Assembly (NCBI RefSeq): GCF_056746865.1
Contig: NZ_CM163382.1
DNA: 64,000 nucleotides
Reading direction: 5' to 3' (one strand)
The translations under genes and the position numbers were made by a program. Positions 11,403-22,681 of this stretch are shown in pieces (positions within the stretch are counted from its first letter, which is position 1; every line of letters begins with the position of its first letter). The notes under the pieces were generated by a model, which was not told the DNA's origin, did no database searches, and saw only the letters and a program-made list of their open reading frames with translations.

Positions 11403-12552
11403 TACGTTTCACCTTCAGCAGTGCGATAAGCAAATCGAACAGCGCATCGATCAGCACCGCCAGAACAATTACCGGGATCACCCCCAGCAACACTAAATCA
11501 ATGGCACTGCTTAGCAGCCCCTGGAAAACCAGCGCACCAAAACCGCCTGCACCGATTAACGCCGCAATCACCGCCATACCTACAGTTTGCACCATCACCA
11601 CCCGCAGGCTGCGCAGAAATACCGGTAACGCCAGCGGTAACTGAACATGCAGGAAACGCTGCGCCCCGCTCATCCCCATCGCTCTGGCGCTCTCCAGCAC
11701 ATCGCGCGGGATCTGGTTCAAGCCGACTACCACGCCGCGCACCAGCGGCAGCAAGGCATAGAGCACCAGCGCAATCAGTGCGGGTGTCATTCCGGTTCCT
11801 GCTATGCCGAGCTTACCCAGCCACGGAAAGGCCGTAACCAGCGCGGCAAGCGGCGCAATCAACAGGCCAAAGAGCGCCACCGAAGGCACGGTCTGAATGA
11901 CATTGAGTAGCGAAAAAATCGCCCCCTGCCGCGCAGTGGAAAAGTAGCACCAGACGCCCAACGGCACACCAATCACTAACGCAGGCAGCACCGCACCAAA
12001 CAGCAACGTCAGATGTTGTGCCAGCGCGTCGTCAAACACATCCTGACGGTTGGCGTATTCTTTCATTAGCGAGAGATCGTTAAGCGCGCCGGAATACAGC
12101 AACCACAGCGGAATGATGGCAATCTGCATATGCAACAACCAGCGCCACAGCGGATGCGTGGAGATTCGGCGGATGGCATCGCTACAGGCCAGCAATGCCA
12201 GCGCCGCAGCCAGCCAGAAACCACTGCCGAGGCTGGTACGCGCCAGCGCACTGCCATTTTGTGCCAGTTGTGTCGCCGCCTTTCCTGCTCCCCACACCAG
12301 CAATACGAAGACGAATTGCGCCAGAATGAGTGCAAAAATGCTGCCTTTTTTAGCGGGAATAAAACAGGCTGTCATCCAGGCGCAACCAACGCCCACCAGC
12401 ATCCAGATCGTTTGCGGCCACAGCTGCCAGAGATGACGCCCCTCACCCGAAACTAAACGATTAGGCGCGTAACTGATAAACGGCAGCGCCGCTGCGATTG
12501 CCGTCAGCAACAGCAGCAGCGCCAGAACAGGATTAATACGGAAATAAGTCAC
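11395..12552 (-). CDS. yehY: ABC transporter permease
   Basis: 385-aa multi-TM ORF; overlaps yehX start by 8 nt. Confidence 0.85.
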   Translation of the reverse strand: MTYFRINPVLALLLLLTAIAAALPFISYAPNRLVSGEGRHLWQLWPQTIWMLVGVGCAWMTACFIPAKKGSIFALILAQFVFVLLVWGAGKAATQLAQNGSALARTSLGSGFWLAAALALLACSDAIRRISTHPLWRWLLHMQIAIIPLWLLYSGALNDLSLMKEYANRQDVFDDALAQHLTLLFGAVLPALVIGVPLGVWCYFSTARQGAIFSLLNVIQTVPSVALFGLLIAPLAALVTAFPWLGKLGIAGTGMTPALIALVLYALLPLVRGVVVGLNQIPRDVLESARAMGMSGAQRFLHVQLPLALPVFLRSLRVVMVQTVGMAVIAALIGAGGFGALVFQGLLSSAIDLVLLGVIPVIVLAVLIDALFDLLIALLKVKRND

Positions 12553-12558
12553 GGGAAA

Positions 12559-13476
12559 TTACTTCGTCCACCCTTTTTGTTTCAGGTAGTCGGCAGCCAC
12601 TTTTTTGGCATCCAGTCCTTCCACAGCAATGCTGGCATTCAGTTGCTGCAATGTTTTTTCATCGAGGCTGGCGAAGACTGGCTGTAGCCACTGTGCCATT
12701 TGTGGATACTCTTTCAACACCGACTCACGCACCACTGGTGCAGGCGCGTAGATAGGTTGCACGCCTTGCGGATCGCTTAAGGTTTGCAGCCCCAGCGCCG
12801 CGACCGGGCCGTCAGTGCCGTAAGCCATCGCCGCATTAACGCCAGAGGTTTGCTGGGCAGCGGCTTTGATCGTCACCGCCGTGTCGCCACCAGCCAGTGA
12901 CAGCAACTGATCCTGACCGAGCTTAAAGCCATAGGCTTTTTCAAACGCGGGTAACGCATCGGCGCGTTCAATAAATTCTGCCGAGGCCGCCAGTTTGAAG
13001 GTGCCGCCCTCTTTCAGATAACGACTCAGGTCGGCAAGCGAAGTGAGTTTGTTTTTCTCTGCCACATCCTGACGCACGGCGATAGTCCAGGTGTTATTTG
13101 CAGGCGCGGGCGTCAGCCAGATTAACTTGTTTTGCTCTGCATCGAGTTTTTTGACTTTCTCGTAGCCTTGCCCGGCATTTTTCCATGCCGCATCGTTTTC
13201 ATCTTTAAAGAAAAACGCGCCATTGCCGGTATATTCCGGATAGATATCCAGTTCACCGGAAGTAATCGCCCCGCGCACCACGGGAGTCGTTCCCAGTTGC
13301 ACTTTATTTACCGTAGGAACACCGTGACTTTCCAGCACCTGCAAAATGATATTGCCGAGCAGCGCGCCTTCGGTATCGATTTTTGAACCGACCTTAACGG
13401 GGGAAGCCGCCTGTAGCGGCAGGCTCACGGCTGCCAACAAAACCAATGAACCTGCCCAGAGCTTTGAGAGTGGCAT
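12559..13476 (-). CDS. osmF: periplasmic glycine-betaine/osmoprotectant binding protein
   Basis: 305-aa ORF with signal peptide; first gene of the ABC operon. Confidence 0.85.
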   Translation of the reverse strand: MPLSKLWAGSLVLLAAVSLPLQAASPVKVGSKIDTEGALLGNIILQVLESHGVPTVNKVQLGTTPVVRGAITSGELDIYPEYTGNGAFFFKDENDAAWKNAGQGYEKVKKLDAEQNKLIWLTPAPANNTWTIAVRQDVAEKNKLTSLADLSRYLKEGGTFKLAASAEFIERADALPAFEKAYGFKLGQDQLLSLAGGDTAVTIKAAAQQTSGVNAAMAYGTDGPVAALGLQTLSDPQGVQPIYAPAPVVRESVLKEYPQMAQWLQPVFASLDEKTLQQLNASIAVEGLDAKKVAADYLKQKGWTK

Positions 13477-13594
13477 GATGCTTTCCTCATTCTTTTACTG
13501 TTGTTTTCAGCGAATTAAGAGAAAAGCATAGTTGATAATGACAGGGTTAGCCTGTCTGGGCAGATTCAGTTGCAGAATCAGATAAATACTTAAA

Positions 13595-13613
13595 GGGCGC
13601 AAACGTCGCGCCC
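13595..13613 (-). terminator. Putative intrinsic terminator downstream of bglX
   Basis: GGGCGC-AAACGTC-GCGCCC hairpin followed by a U-rich tract on the minus strand. Confidence 0.5.
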
Positions 13614-13624
13614 TTACTAAAGCA

Positions 13625-15922
13625 TTACAGCAACTCAAACTCGCCTTTCTTAACGCGTGCGGAATCAGTGCCGATGAAGACATTGAACTTGCCAGGCTCG
13701 GCGTCATATTTCATCTGTTGATTCCAGAACTTCAGCGCCTCGATATCAATCGGGAAGCTGACGGTCTGAGTTTCGCCCGGTTTCAGGGTGATTTTCTCAA
13801 AGCCTTTCAGCTGCTTCACCGGACGACTCATGGAAGCCGTCACATCCTGCAAGTACATCTGCACTACCGTCGCCCCTTCGCGCTTACCGGTGTTCGTCAC
13901 CTGCACACTGGCGGTCACTTTGCCGTCACGCTTCATGGTCGGCGCAGAAAGTTTCACATCAGAGACGGTGAAAGTGGTGTAGCTCAGACCATAACCGAAC
14001 GGATACAGCGCCCCGTTAGCTTCATCAAAATAACGCGAAGTGTATTTGTTCGGCTTGTCGGCATTATACGGACGCCCGGTATTCAGATGGCTGTAGTACA
14101 CAGGGATCTGCCCGACAGAACGCGGGAAGGACATCGGTAGCTTACCGGACGGGTTGTAATCGCCAAACAATACATCGGCAATCGCATTACCCCCTTCCGT
14201 ACCCGCAAACCAGGTTTCCAGAATCGCATCAGCCTGCTGATCTTCTTTCACCAGCGCCAGCGGACGCCCATTCATCAGCACCAGCACCAGCGGTTTACCA
14301 GTGGCTTTCAACGCCGCAATCAAGTCACGTTGGCTTTGCGGAATAGTAATATCGGTACGGCTGGAGGCCTCGTGCGCCATCCCCTGAGCTTCACCGACCA
14401 CAGCCACCACCACATCAGATTGTTTCGCGGTTTGCACCGCTTCATCAATCATCTCTTGCGGCGAACGCGGATCGACTTTGACCGCCTCTTCATACTGATT
14501 CAGGAAATCGATAATGCCTTTGTCACTGGTGACGTTCGCCCCTTTGGCGTACAGCACTTTACCGTTTTCACCGACGGCATTTTTAATCCCGGTCAGTACG
14601 GTCACGGATTGATCGGCAACACCGGCTGCGGACCAGCTGCCCATCACGTCACGTTTACTGTCCGCCAGTGGCCCAACCACCGCAATGGTGGCCGATTTTT
14701 TCAGCGGTAACGTTTCGAGACGGTTTTTCAGCAACACCAGGCTTTCACGCGCCACTTCACGCGCTTCTTTGCGGTGCAGGCGGCTTTCGGCATTGGTATC
14801 CACCGGGTCAGACTCTTTCGGCCCCAAATGGCTGTATGGGTCGTTAAACAACCCCATATCATATTTAACGTTCAGTACATGACGGGTAGCGTCATCCAGC
14901 TCTTCCATCGTCACTTTGCCGGATTTGATCAACCCAGGCAGATACTTCGAGTAGTACTCGTCGCTCATACTCATGTTGATGCCGGATTTCAGCGCCACGC
15001 GCACCGCATCTTCCGGGTCTGCCGCCGTGCCATGTTTAATCAGCTCTTTGATTGCGCCGTGATCGGAAACGGTGATGCCTTTAAAGCCCCACTGGTCGCG
15101 CAGAACATCTTTCAGCAGCCATGAATCGGAGGTGGCTGGCGTGCCGTTCAGCGAGTTCAGCGCCACCATCACCGCGCCGCTGCCTGCGTCCAGCCCCGCT
15201 TTGTACGGCGGCATATAATCATTAAACAGGCGCTGCGGACTCATATCGACGGTGTTGTACTCTTTACCGCCTTCTACCGCACCGTATGCGGCAAAGTGTT
15301 TGACGCTGGTCATCACCGAGTAGCGATCTGCCGGACTTTTACCCTGCATCGCTTCCACCATGGTTTTACCCATTGTTGAAGTGAGATACGTATCTTCGCC
15401 AAAACCTTCGGAAGCACGTCCCCAGCGCGGATCGCGCGAGACATCGACCATCGGTGCCCAGGTCATATTCAGGCCATCATCTGCCGCTTCATAAGCAGAG
15501 ACACGCCCGACTGTTTTCACCGCATCGAGGTTAAAAGACGAGGCCAGGCCGAGGCTAATCGGGAACACCGTGCGCTGACCGTGCAGCACGTCGTAAGCAA
15601 AGAAAAGAGGAATTTTCAGGCGGCTTAATTCCATCACCTGATCCTGCATGGCGCGGATATCCTGACGGGTTACGGTGTTGAAAATCGCCCCAACCTGACC
15701 GTCTTTGATCATCTCGCGGATCGCCTCTTTCGGATTATCCGGGCCGACGCTGATTAAGCGCAGCTGACCAATTTTCTCATCAACTGTCATTTTCTTAAGC
15801 AGTTCGGTGACGAACGCATCCCGCGCTTCGGGCGTTAATGGATGGTTGCCGAATAAATCATCTGCCAGTGCTGGCTGCAGGGCCAGACTCACCGCGATTC
15901 CTACTGAACATAGCCATTTCAT
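13625..15922 (-). CDS. bglX: periplasmic beta-glucosidase (GH3)
   Basis: 765-aa ORF from MKWLCSVGIAVSLAL (signal peptide); GH3 family features. Confidence 0.9.
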   Translation of the reverse strand: MKWLCSVGIAVSLALQPALADDLFGNHPLTPEARDAFVTELLKKMTVDEKIGQLRLISVGPDNPKEAIREMIKDGQVGAIFNTVTRQDIRAMQDQVMELSRLKIPLFFAYDVLHGQRTVFPISLGLASSFNLDAVKTVGRVSAYEAADDGLNMTWAPMVDVSRDPRWGRASEGFGEDTYLTSTMGKTMVEAMQGKSPADRYSVMTSVKHFAAYGAVEGGKEYNTVDMSPQRLFNDYMPPYKAGLDAGSGAVMVALNSLNGTPATSDSWLLKDVLRDQWGFKGITVSDHGAIKELIKHGTAADPEDAVRVALKSGINMSMSDEYYSKYLPGLIKSGKVTMEELDDATRHVLNVKYDMGLFNDPYSHLGPKESDPVDTNAESRLHRKEAREVARESLVLLKNRLETLPLKKSATIAVVGPLADSKRDVMGSWSAAGVADQSVTVLTGIKNAVGENGKVLYAKGANVTSDKGIIDFLNQYEEAVKVDPRSPQEMIDEAVQTAKQSDVVVAVVGEAQGMAHEASSRTDITIPQSQRDLIAALKATGKPLVLVLMNGRPLALVKEDQQADAILETWFAGTEGGNAIADVLFGDYNPSGKLPMSFPRSVGQIPVYYSHLNTGRPYNADKPNKYTSRYFDEANGALYPFGYGLSYTTFTVSDVKLSAPTMKRDGKVTASVQVTNTGKREGATVVQMYLQDVTASMSRPVKQLKGFEKITLKPGETQTVSFPIDIEALKFWNQQMKYDAEPGKFNVFIGTDSARVKKGEFELL

Positions 15923-16117
15923 ATGGATTTTTCTTCCTCTGTTGCCCGACGAGGCAGCGAAAATAGTGCAAAAACCGTAGTTTGCCATAAGCATGATAGA
16001 GAGAGAAAAAGAATGCTCAGTTTATTGTCTGAATTTTCAAAATATTCACTCGCTGAATTGTCATACAAGGCGCTATTCTAGTTTGTGATATTTTTTCGCC
16101 ACCACAAGGAGTGGAAA

Positions 16118-17833
16118 ATGTCTTCCATGACAACAACTGATAATAAAGCCTTTTTGAATGAACTTGCCCGACTGGTGGGTTCTTCACACCTGCTCACCGA
16201 TCCCGCAAAAACGGCCCGCTATCGCAAGGGCTTCCGTTCTGGTCAGGGCGATGCACTGGCTGTCGTTTTCCCTGGCTCACTACTGGAATTGTGGCGGGTG
16301 CTGAAAGCCTGCGTCACCGCCGACAAAATTATTCTGATGCAGGCAGCCAATACAGGTCTGACCGAAGGCTCGACGCCAAACGGTAACGACTATGATCGCG
16401 ATATCGTGATCATCAGCACCCTGCGTCTCGACAAGCTGCACGTTCTTGGCAAGGGCGAACAGGTGCTGGCCTATCCGGGCACCACGCTTTATTCGCTGGA
16501 AAAAGCCCTCAAACCGCTGGGACGCGAACCGCACTCGGTGATTGGCTCATCGTGTATAGGCGCATCGGTCATCGGCGGTATTTGTAACAACTCCGGCGGC
16601 TCGCTGGTGCAGCGTGGCCCGGCGTATACCGAAATGTCGTTATTCGCGCGTATAAATGAAGACGGCAAACTGACGCTGGTGAACCATCTGGGGATTGATC
16701 TGGGCGAAACGCCGGAGCAGATCCTTAGCAAGCTGGATGACGATCGCATCAAAGATGACGATGTGCGCCACGATGGTCGTCACGCCCACGATTATGACTA
16801 TGTCCACCGCGTTCGTGATATTGAAGCCGACACGCCCGCACGTTATAACGCCGATCCGGATCGGTTATTTGAATCTTCTGGTTGCGCCGGGAAGCTGGCC
16901 GTCTTTGCGGTACGTCTTGATACCTTCGAAGCGGAAAAAAATCAGCAGGTGTTTTATATCGGCACCAACCAGCCAGAAGTACTGACCGAAATCCGCCGTC
17001 ATATTCTGGCTAATTTCGAAAATCTGCCGGTTGCCGGGGAATATATGCACCGGGATATCTACGATATTGCGGAAAAATACGGCAAAGACACCTTCCTGAT
17101 GATTGATAAGTTAGGCAGCGACAAGATGCCGTTCTTCTTTAATCTCAAGGGGCGCACCGATGCGATGCTGGAGAAAGTGAAATTCTTCCGTCCGCATTTT
17201 ACCGACCGTGCGATGCAAAAATTCGGTCACCTGTTCCCCAGCCATTTACCGCCGCGCATGAAAAACTGGCGCGATAAATACGAGCATCATCTGCTGTTAA
17301 AAATGGCGGGCGATGGCGTCGGTGAAGCCAAATCGTGGCTGGTGGATTATTTCAAACAGGCCGAAGGCGATTTCTTTGTCTGTACGCCGGAGGAAGGTAG
17401 CAAAGCGTTTTTACACCGTTTCGCCGCTGCGGGCGCAGCAATTCGTTATCAGGCGGTGCATTCCGATGAAGTCGAAGACATTCTGGCACTGGATATCGCT
17501 CTGCGGCGTAACGACACCGAGTGGTATGAGCATTTACCGCCGGAAATCGACAGCCAGCTGGTGCACAAGCTCTATTACGGCCATTTTATGTGCTATGTCT
17601 TCCATCAGGATTACATCGTTAAAAAAGGCGTGGATGTGCATGCGTTGAAAGAACAGATGCTGGAACTGCTGCAGCAGCGTGGCGCGCAATATCCTGCCGA
17701 ACATAACGTCGGTCATTTGTATAAAGCACCGGAGACGTTGCAGAAGTTTTATCGCGAGAACGATCCGACCAACAGTATGAATCCGGGGATCGGTAAAACC
17801 AGTAAGCGGAAAAACTGGCAGGAAGTGGAGTAA
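16118..17833 (+). CDS. dld: FAD-dependent D-lactate dehydrogenase (quinone)
   Basis: 571-aa ORF from MSSMTTTDNKAF... Confidence 0.9.
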   Translation: MSSMTTTDNKAFLNELARLVGSSHLLTDPAKTARYRKGFRSGQGDALAVVFPGSLLELWRVLKACVTADKIILMQAANTGLTEGSTPNGNDYDRDIVIISTLRLDKLHVLGKGEQVLAYPGTTLYSLEKALKPLGREPHSVIGSSCIGASVIGGICNNSGGSLVQRGPAYTEMSLFARINEDGKLTLVNHLGIDLGETPEQILSKLDDDRIKDDDVRHDGRHAHDYDYVHRVRDIEADTPARYNADPDRLFESSGCAGKLAVFAVRLDTFEAEKNQQVFYIGTNQPEVLTEIRRHILANFENLPVAGEYMHRDIYDIAEKYGKDTFLMIDKLGSDKMPFFFNLKGRTDAMLEKVKFFRPHFTDRAMQKFGHLFPSHLPPRMKNWRDKYEHHLLLKMAGDGVGEAKSWLVDYFKQAEGDFFVCTPEEGSKAFLHRFAAAGAAIRYQAVHSDEVEDILALDIALRRNDTEWYEHLPPEIDSQLVHKLYYGHFMCYVFHQDYIVKKGVDVHALKEQMLELLQQRGAQYPAEHNVGHLYKAPETLQKFYRENDPTNSMNPGIGKTSKRKNWQEVE

Positions 17834-17840
17834 AAATTAC

Positions 17841-17862
17841 GGATGGCAGAGTATCGCCATCC
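17841..17862. terminator. Hairpin between convergent dld and pbpG (possible bidirectional terminator)
   Basis: GGATGGC-AGAGTATC-GCCATCC inverted repeat. Confidence 0.45.
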
Positions 17863-17870
17863 GAATTCAC

Positions 17871-18803
17871 TTAATCGTTCTGTGCCGTCTGCCCCGCCGC
17901 CGCCATTTGGGCGGCTTTTTGTTTTTTATAGCTCAACGCTGCTGCCGGAACAGGCATCACTTTACCGGTCTCAATCCAGGTACGCAGGCGGCTGGCATCG
18001 GCAAAATGGGTATATTTGCCAAACGCGTCCATCACTACCAGCGCCACCGGTTTATTATTGATAACCGTACGCATCACCAGACAATGGCCCGCCGCATTGG
18101 TAAAGCCGGTTTTGGTTAACTGAATATTCCAGTTATCGCGATACACCAGATGGTTAGTATTGCGGAACGGCAGCGTATACGTCGGGTTAGAGAAGGTTGC
18201 CATATCTTCCCGGGTGGTACTTAACTGCCCGATCAACGGATATTGTTTGCTGGCAATGAGCAGTTTGGTTAAGTCACGGGCGGTTGAAACGTTATGCACC
18301 GACAATCCGGTCGGTTCAACAAAGCGCGTGTTGTTCATTCCGAGCGATTTCGCTTTCGCATTCATCGCCTTAATAAAGGCTTTGTAACCACCGGGATAAT
18401 GGTGCGCAAGGCTTGCCGCCGCGCGGTTTTCTGAAGACATCAGCGCCAGCAACAGCATATCTTTACGGCTGATTTCGCTATTCAGTCGTACGCGCGAATA
18501 GACCCCTTTCATCTCCGGCGTCTGGCTGATATCCACTTTTAGTTTTTCATCCAGCGGCAGTCGCGCATCCAGCACGACCATCGCGGTCATTAATTTGCTG
18601 ATAGACGCAATCGGACGCACCAGATCCGGGTGGTTCGAATAGATCACTTTGTTGGTATTCAGATCAACAATCATCGCGCTACCGGAGGCAATTTCCGGCT
18701 GTGAAGCGGTGGTAGCGGCTGCCGTTTTCGCAACGGCCTGCGGTGCCAAAGGCACAGCCAGCATCAGGGCCAGGCTAAATAAAGAAACTCGAAATTTCGG
18801 CAT
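17871..18803 (-). CDS. pbpG: D-alanyl-D-alanine endopeptidase (PBP7)
   Basis: 310-aa ORF with signal peptide and SxxK active-site motif (SISKLMT). Confidence 0.9.
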   Translation of the reverse strand: MPKFRVSLFSLALMLAVPLAPQAVAKTAAATTASQPEIASGSAMIVDLNTNKVIYSNHPDLVRPIASISKLMTAMVVLDARLPLDEKLKVDISQTPEMKGVYSRVRLNSEISRKDMLLLALMSSENRAAASLAHHYPGGYKAFIKAMNAKAKSLGMNNTRFVEPTGLSVHNVSTARDLTKLLIASKQYPLIGQLSTTREDMATFSNPTYTLPFRNTNHLVYRDNWNIQLTKTGFTNAAGHCLVMRTVINNKPVALVVMDAFGKYTHFADASRLRTWIETGKVMPVPAAALSYKKQKAAQMAAAGQTAQND

Positions 18804-18976
18804 GATGAGCATTCAGATAGTGGTTCACGCGCACGGGTTGCGCACCGCCGGAGTAAGGATTTACTGAGGCTAGCGACGCCATCATAACGAGCAAAAAGTG
18901 CGATCGTCAAAGGAGAATCGTGAGGAAATGCTGCATTGCTGACATTTACGCCAGCAATGCAACACAAAAGTACTTT

Positions 18977-19564
18977 CTAGAACAAACGATAACCGTAGCC
19001 CCATAGTATAACGGTAAGGGCGAGCAGCACTTCCAGCACCAGCACGCCAATCGCCAGCGTCGAACTGGAGAAGCTAAGGCCTTCCTCTTTGTTGATATTC
19101 AGGAAGCTCGGAATACCGAGATAAAGCAGGTAGCCGGTGTAAAACAGCGCCACCGTGCCGACCAGCGCACACAACCAGACCAGTGGATAAAGCGCCACCA
19201 GACCGCTTAAAAACAGCGGAGTTGCAACGTAGCCCGCGAAGACCATGCAGTGCGCAAGTGATGGACGTTGCGGATAATTGCGCGCCATCCACCAGATGAC
19301 CCGCCCCATCACCGCGACCCCAGCCAGCATAACGCCATAAAACAAGACAGCCAGCGCCAGTCCGGTAAACCAGGATAACTTCAGGATAGTGCCATCGCCA
19401 AAATTCCAGCCAATCTGTGTAGTGCCAATGAAGGCGCAAATCACCGGAATCGCCGCCATCAGCAAAACGTGGTGGGTGTAATGGTGAGAAATCGTTTCGT
19501 TTTCGCGATTAATCACCTGCATTTCACGATCGGGATGGGAAAACAGTCCCCAGACATGGCTCAT
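18977..19564 (-). CDS. yohC: Yip1-family inner membrane protein
   Basis: 195-aa multi-TM ORF. Confidence 0.7.
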   Translation of the reverse strand: MSHVWGLFSHPDREMQVINRENETISHHYTHHVLLMAAIPVICAFIGTTQIGWNFGDGTILKLSWFTGLALAVLFYGVMLAGVAVMGRVIWWMARNYPQRPSLAHCMVFAGYVATPLFLSGLVALYPLVWLCALVGTVALFYTGYLLYLGIPSFLNINKEEGLSFSSSTLAIGVLVLEVLLALTVILWGYGYRLF

Positions 19565-19733
19565 ACCGCCCCCTTGTTGTGAGTTCATGAACCTGACAGT
19601 TCAAGTATAAGTCAGCTTGTGATTATTTTTTGTTCGTTCATGTAATTTGCACCGTCTGATGTACGTCCTTTTTCAGCGTGAACTATTCACAGGGTGTATG
19701 CTTACAGGCAAGCAAAGGGAGACAGACTGGCCT

Positions 19734-20312
19734 ATGGATCTCAATACACTCATCTCACAATATGGTTATGCCGCGCTGGTGATCGGTAGCCTGGCGGAAG
19801 GTGAAACCGTGACTTTGCTGGGAGGCGTTGCGGCACATCAGGGGCTATTAAAGTTCCCGCTGGTGGTACTTTCTGTGGCGCTTGGCGGCATGATTGGCGA
19901 CCAGGTGCTTTATCTGTGCGGGCGGCGCTTTGGCGGCAAGCTATTACGCCGTTTCTCGAAACATCAGGATAAAATTGAGCGGGCGCAGAAACTTATCCAA
20001 CGCCATCCGTATCTGTTTGTCATTGGTACGCGTTTTATGTATGGCTTTAGGGTGATTGGCCCGACGCTGATTGGTGCCAGCCAGCTGCCGCCGAAAATCT
20101 TTCTGCCACTGAATATCCTTGGCGCATTTGCCTGGGCGTTGATTTTTACCACTATCGGTTACGCTGGTGGTCAGGTGATTGCGCCGTGGTTGCACAATCT
20201 CGACCAGCATTTGAAGCACTGGGTCTGGTTGATTCTGGTCGTGGTTCTGGTGGTAGGCGTGCGCTGGTGGCTGAAACGGCGCGGGAAGAAAAAGCCGGAT
20301 AATCAGGCATAA
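19734..20312 (+). CDS. yohD: DedA-family inner membrane protein
   Basis: 192-aa ORF from MDLNTLISQYGYAALVIGSLAEGE (typical DedA N-terminus). Confidence 0.75.
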   Translation: MDLNTLISQYGYAALVIGSLAEGETVTLLGGVAAHQGLLKFPLVVLSVALGGMIGDQVLYLCGRRFGGKLLRRFSKHQDKIERAQKLIQRHPYLFVIGTRFMYGFRVIGPTLIGASQLPPKIFLPLNILGAFAWALIFTTIGYAGGQVIAPWLHNLDQHLKHWVWLILVVVLVVGVRWWLKRRGKKKPDNQA

Positions 20313-20335
20313 AGCAGTTGCCACAGATAAGCATT

Positions 20336-20400
20336 CACGCCACATCCGGCACCGGATGTTCCATGCCTGATGCGACGCTGGCGTGTCTTATCTGGCCTAA
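20336..20400. repeat. REP (repetitive extragenic palindrome) cluster between convergent yohD and yohF
   Basis: GCCTGATGCGACGCTGGCGTGTCTTATCTGGCC plus a second CCGGATG-type palindrome. Confidence 0.7.
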
Positions 20401-20430
20401 CCCAATGAAATAACCACGCACCTCACTGCG

Positions 20431-21192
20431 CTATTCTGGGTTGAACTGCGGATTCGCCAACATAAAGCCGCCATCCACTATCAACGACTGCCCAGTGGTG
20501 TAATTTGCGCCCTCCGAACAAAGCCACACCACCAGGCTGGCAATCTCATGCGTTGCGCCAAAACGCCGCAAGGGAATCGAAGGCTCCGCGCCGGGCTTCA
20601 CGTCGCCATCATCCATGCCGTTCATTGGCGTGGCGATCGCCCAAGGTGCAACCGCATTCACCAAAATCTTATGCCTGACCAGCTCCAGCGCCATCGCTTT
20701 GGTTAACCCGCCGAGCGCATGTTTAGCGGCTGTGTAGGCGCTGGCATCCGGCAACGGCGTATGTTCATGCACCGACGTAATGTTGATGATGCGACCACCC
20801 TGCCCTTGTTTCACCATCTGGCGGGCAGCAATTTGCGAGCATAAAAATGCACCATCGACATCAACGGTAAAAATCTTGCGCCACTCATCGAAAGCCATAT
20901 CAAGAAACGGCGCTTTGGTCATTGCGCCCGCATTATTCACCAGCACATCAATACGCCCCAGCCGTTGAATGAGTTTCTCCAGCGCCAGTGCCCCTTCTGG
21001 TAGATTGCCGAGATCCAGCTGCACGATCTCCGCACGTACGCCGTGGCTAACCACCTCACGCGCGGTATCTTTTGCCCCTTCTTCATCAGAGTGCCAGGTA
21101 ATACCAATATCAAACCCCTGCTGCGCCAGTAATAACGCGCACTCTTTGCCGATCCCCGAATCGGAGGCGGTAATAATCGCAACCTGTGCCAT
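20431..21192 (-). CDS. yohF: short-chain dehydrogenase/reductase
   Basis: 253-aa ORF with SDR glycine motif (TASDSGIGKE) and NNAG. Confidence 0.8.
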   Translation of the reverse strand: MAQVAIITASDSGIGKECALLLAQQGFDIGITWHSDEEGAKDTAREVVSHGVRAEIVQLDLGNLPEGALALEKLIQRLGRIDVLVNNAGAMTKAPFLDMAFDEWRKIFTVDVDGAFLCSQIAARQMVKQGQGGRIINITSVHEHTPLPDASAYTAAKHALGGLTKAMALELVRHKILVNAVAPWAIATPMNGMDDGDVKPGAEPSIPLRRFGATHEIASLVVWLCSEGANYTTGQSLIVDGGFMLANPQFNPE

Positions 21193-21244
21193 CGAGTTCT
21201 CCACTTAACGCTGAATAAACGTTAAGTATAGAAGGCGCATATCA

Positions 21245-22681
21245 TCAGCGTTTGTAACCCCCGCCCAACGCACCAGTGAGTTGAATGGAGGCATCCAGCC
21301 ACTGCCCTTGCAATAACAGGCCATTGGCCCGCTCGCGAAGCGCCGGGATTCTGGCTTCGCTGACGCGGGAACCGGCAATGATGCCCGCGTTAAAGCGCGC
21401 CTGCGCAAGACCTACTACACGCAAGGCATCGCGCTCAATTTGCGCCTGATGCTGGTTTTTCTCCGCCAGTGTCTGAACCTGACTGGCTGCCCGCGCCACG
21501 TCATTCACCGCTTCAACCACCGCTTTGTTGTAGCTGGCGATAGACAAGTTGCTTTCGGCTTTTGCGATATCGAGGTTGGCGTTAAGACGACCACTATCGA
21601 AAATGGGTAGCGTCAGGCCTGCCGTAACGCCCATTTGCTGCGCGGAATGACGGAACAGATCGCTTAAGTGCAACGCATCCTGTTGCAGGAAGGCCATCAG
21701 GTTGATGTCAGGATAAAATGCCGCTTTTGCCGCATCAATGGTGCTTAGCGATGACTCAACGTACCAGTGCGCCGCCTGCAAATCTGCCCGCCGGGCCAGT
21801 AAGGAGTACCCCAGTTCATCAGGAAGCTGGCTTGCCACTTTCGGCAACGCGACCGGTTTAAGCTTCAGTGACTTTGTCTGGTGATTTGTGAGTGCATTTA
21901 ACCGTGCCTCAATAATTTTCATTTTCCCCGCGACATCGTTGAGCTGCTGCCGGGTTTTGCTGGCATTAATATCGGTTTCCACACCTTCAACTGAAGAAGT
22001 AATCCCGTTCTGATATAGCTGGCGATCGGTGGCGATAATGGTGTTCTGCTCTTTTTCGATTTGCTGTAAGACAGTGTTTAACGCCGCCTGGGTTTGCCAC
22101 TCCCAGTACAGACGGGCTACGCTGCCAGCCAGCAATTGGCGGGTTTGCTCGCGTTCCGCCGCCCGTGCTTTAACCGTACCCAGGCGAGCAGTAACCTCCG
22201 CCCGATTCTTTCCCCAGATATCGAGATGCCAGCCCGCCGTTAAGCCAAAAGTACCGTTGGTGTACCACGGACCGGTCGTACCTGCGGCAGGATCGTTCAG
22301 AGCAAACGGCCCCATTAACCCTTCTGCCGACATTTTTTGCCGCTCCATATCCGCAGAAAAGTCGATCTGCGGACCATCCTGAGTGGCAACTGCCTTCGCC
22401 TGGGCTTCAGCCAGCTGAATGCGCTGTTCAGCCACCTGCATATCCGGTGCGTTCTGTAGTGCATTGTTAATTAATGAAGTGAGTTGATTATCGTGATACT
22501 CCAGCCACCATTGGCTGTCTGGCCAACCATTTTTCAGCGCCGTGGGTAATGCGGTGTCAACTTGTGAAGCGGGCGTTTGCTGGCTTAACGCCTGGCGGGT
22601 TTCATGCATAGGCGCACACCCGGCCAGCATCAGTAACAGCGGAAAACAGGCGATGGCGGGATAAAAGGAATCACGATTCAT
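21245..22681 (-). CDS. mdtQ: outer-membrane efflux lipoprotein (OprM/NodT family); reading frame intact here
   Basis: 478-aa ORF from MNRDSFYPAIACFPLLLMLAGC (lipobox) with no internal stop or frameshift. Confidence 0.75.
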   Translation of the reverse strand: MNRDSFYPAIACFPLLLMLAGCAPMHETRQALSQQTPASQVDTALPTALKNGWPDSQWWLEYHDNQLTSLINNALQNAPDMQVAEQRIQLAEAQAKAVATQDGPQIDFSADMERQKMSAEGLMGPFALNDPAAGTTGPWYTNGTFGLTAGWHLDIWGKNRAEVTARLGTVKARAAEREQTRQLLAGSVARLYWEWQTQAALNTVLQQIEKEQNTIIATDRQLYQNGITSSVEGVETDINASKTRQQLNDVAGKMKIIEARLNALTNHQTKSLKLKPVALPKVASQLPDELGYSLLARRADLQAAHWYVESSLSTIDAAKAAFYPDINLMAFLQQDALHLSDLFRHSAQQMGVTAGLTLPIFDSGRLNANLDIAKAESNLSIASYNKAVVEAVNDVARAASQVQTLAEKNQHQAQIERDALRVVGLAQARFNAGIIAGSRVSEARIPALRERANGLLLQGQWLDASIQLTGALGGGYKR

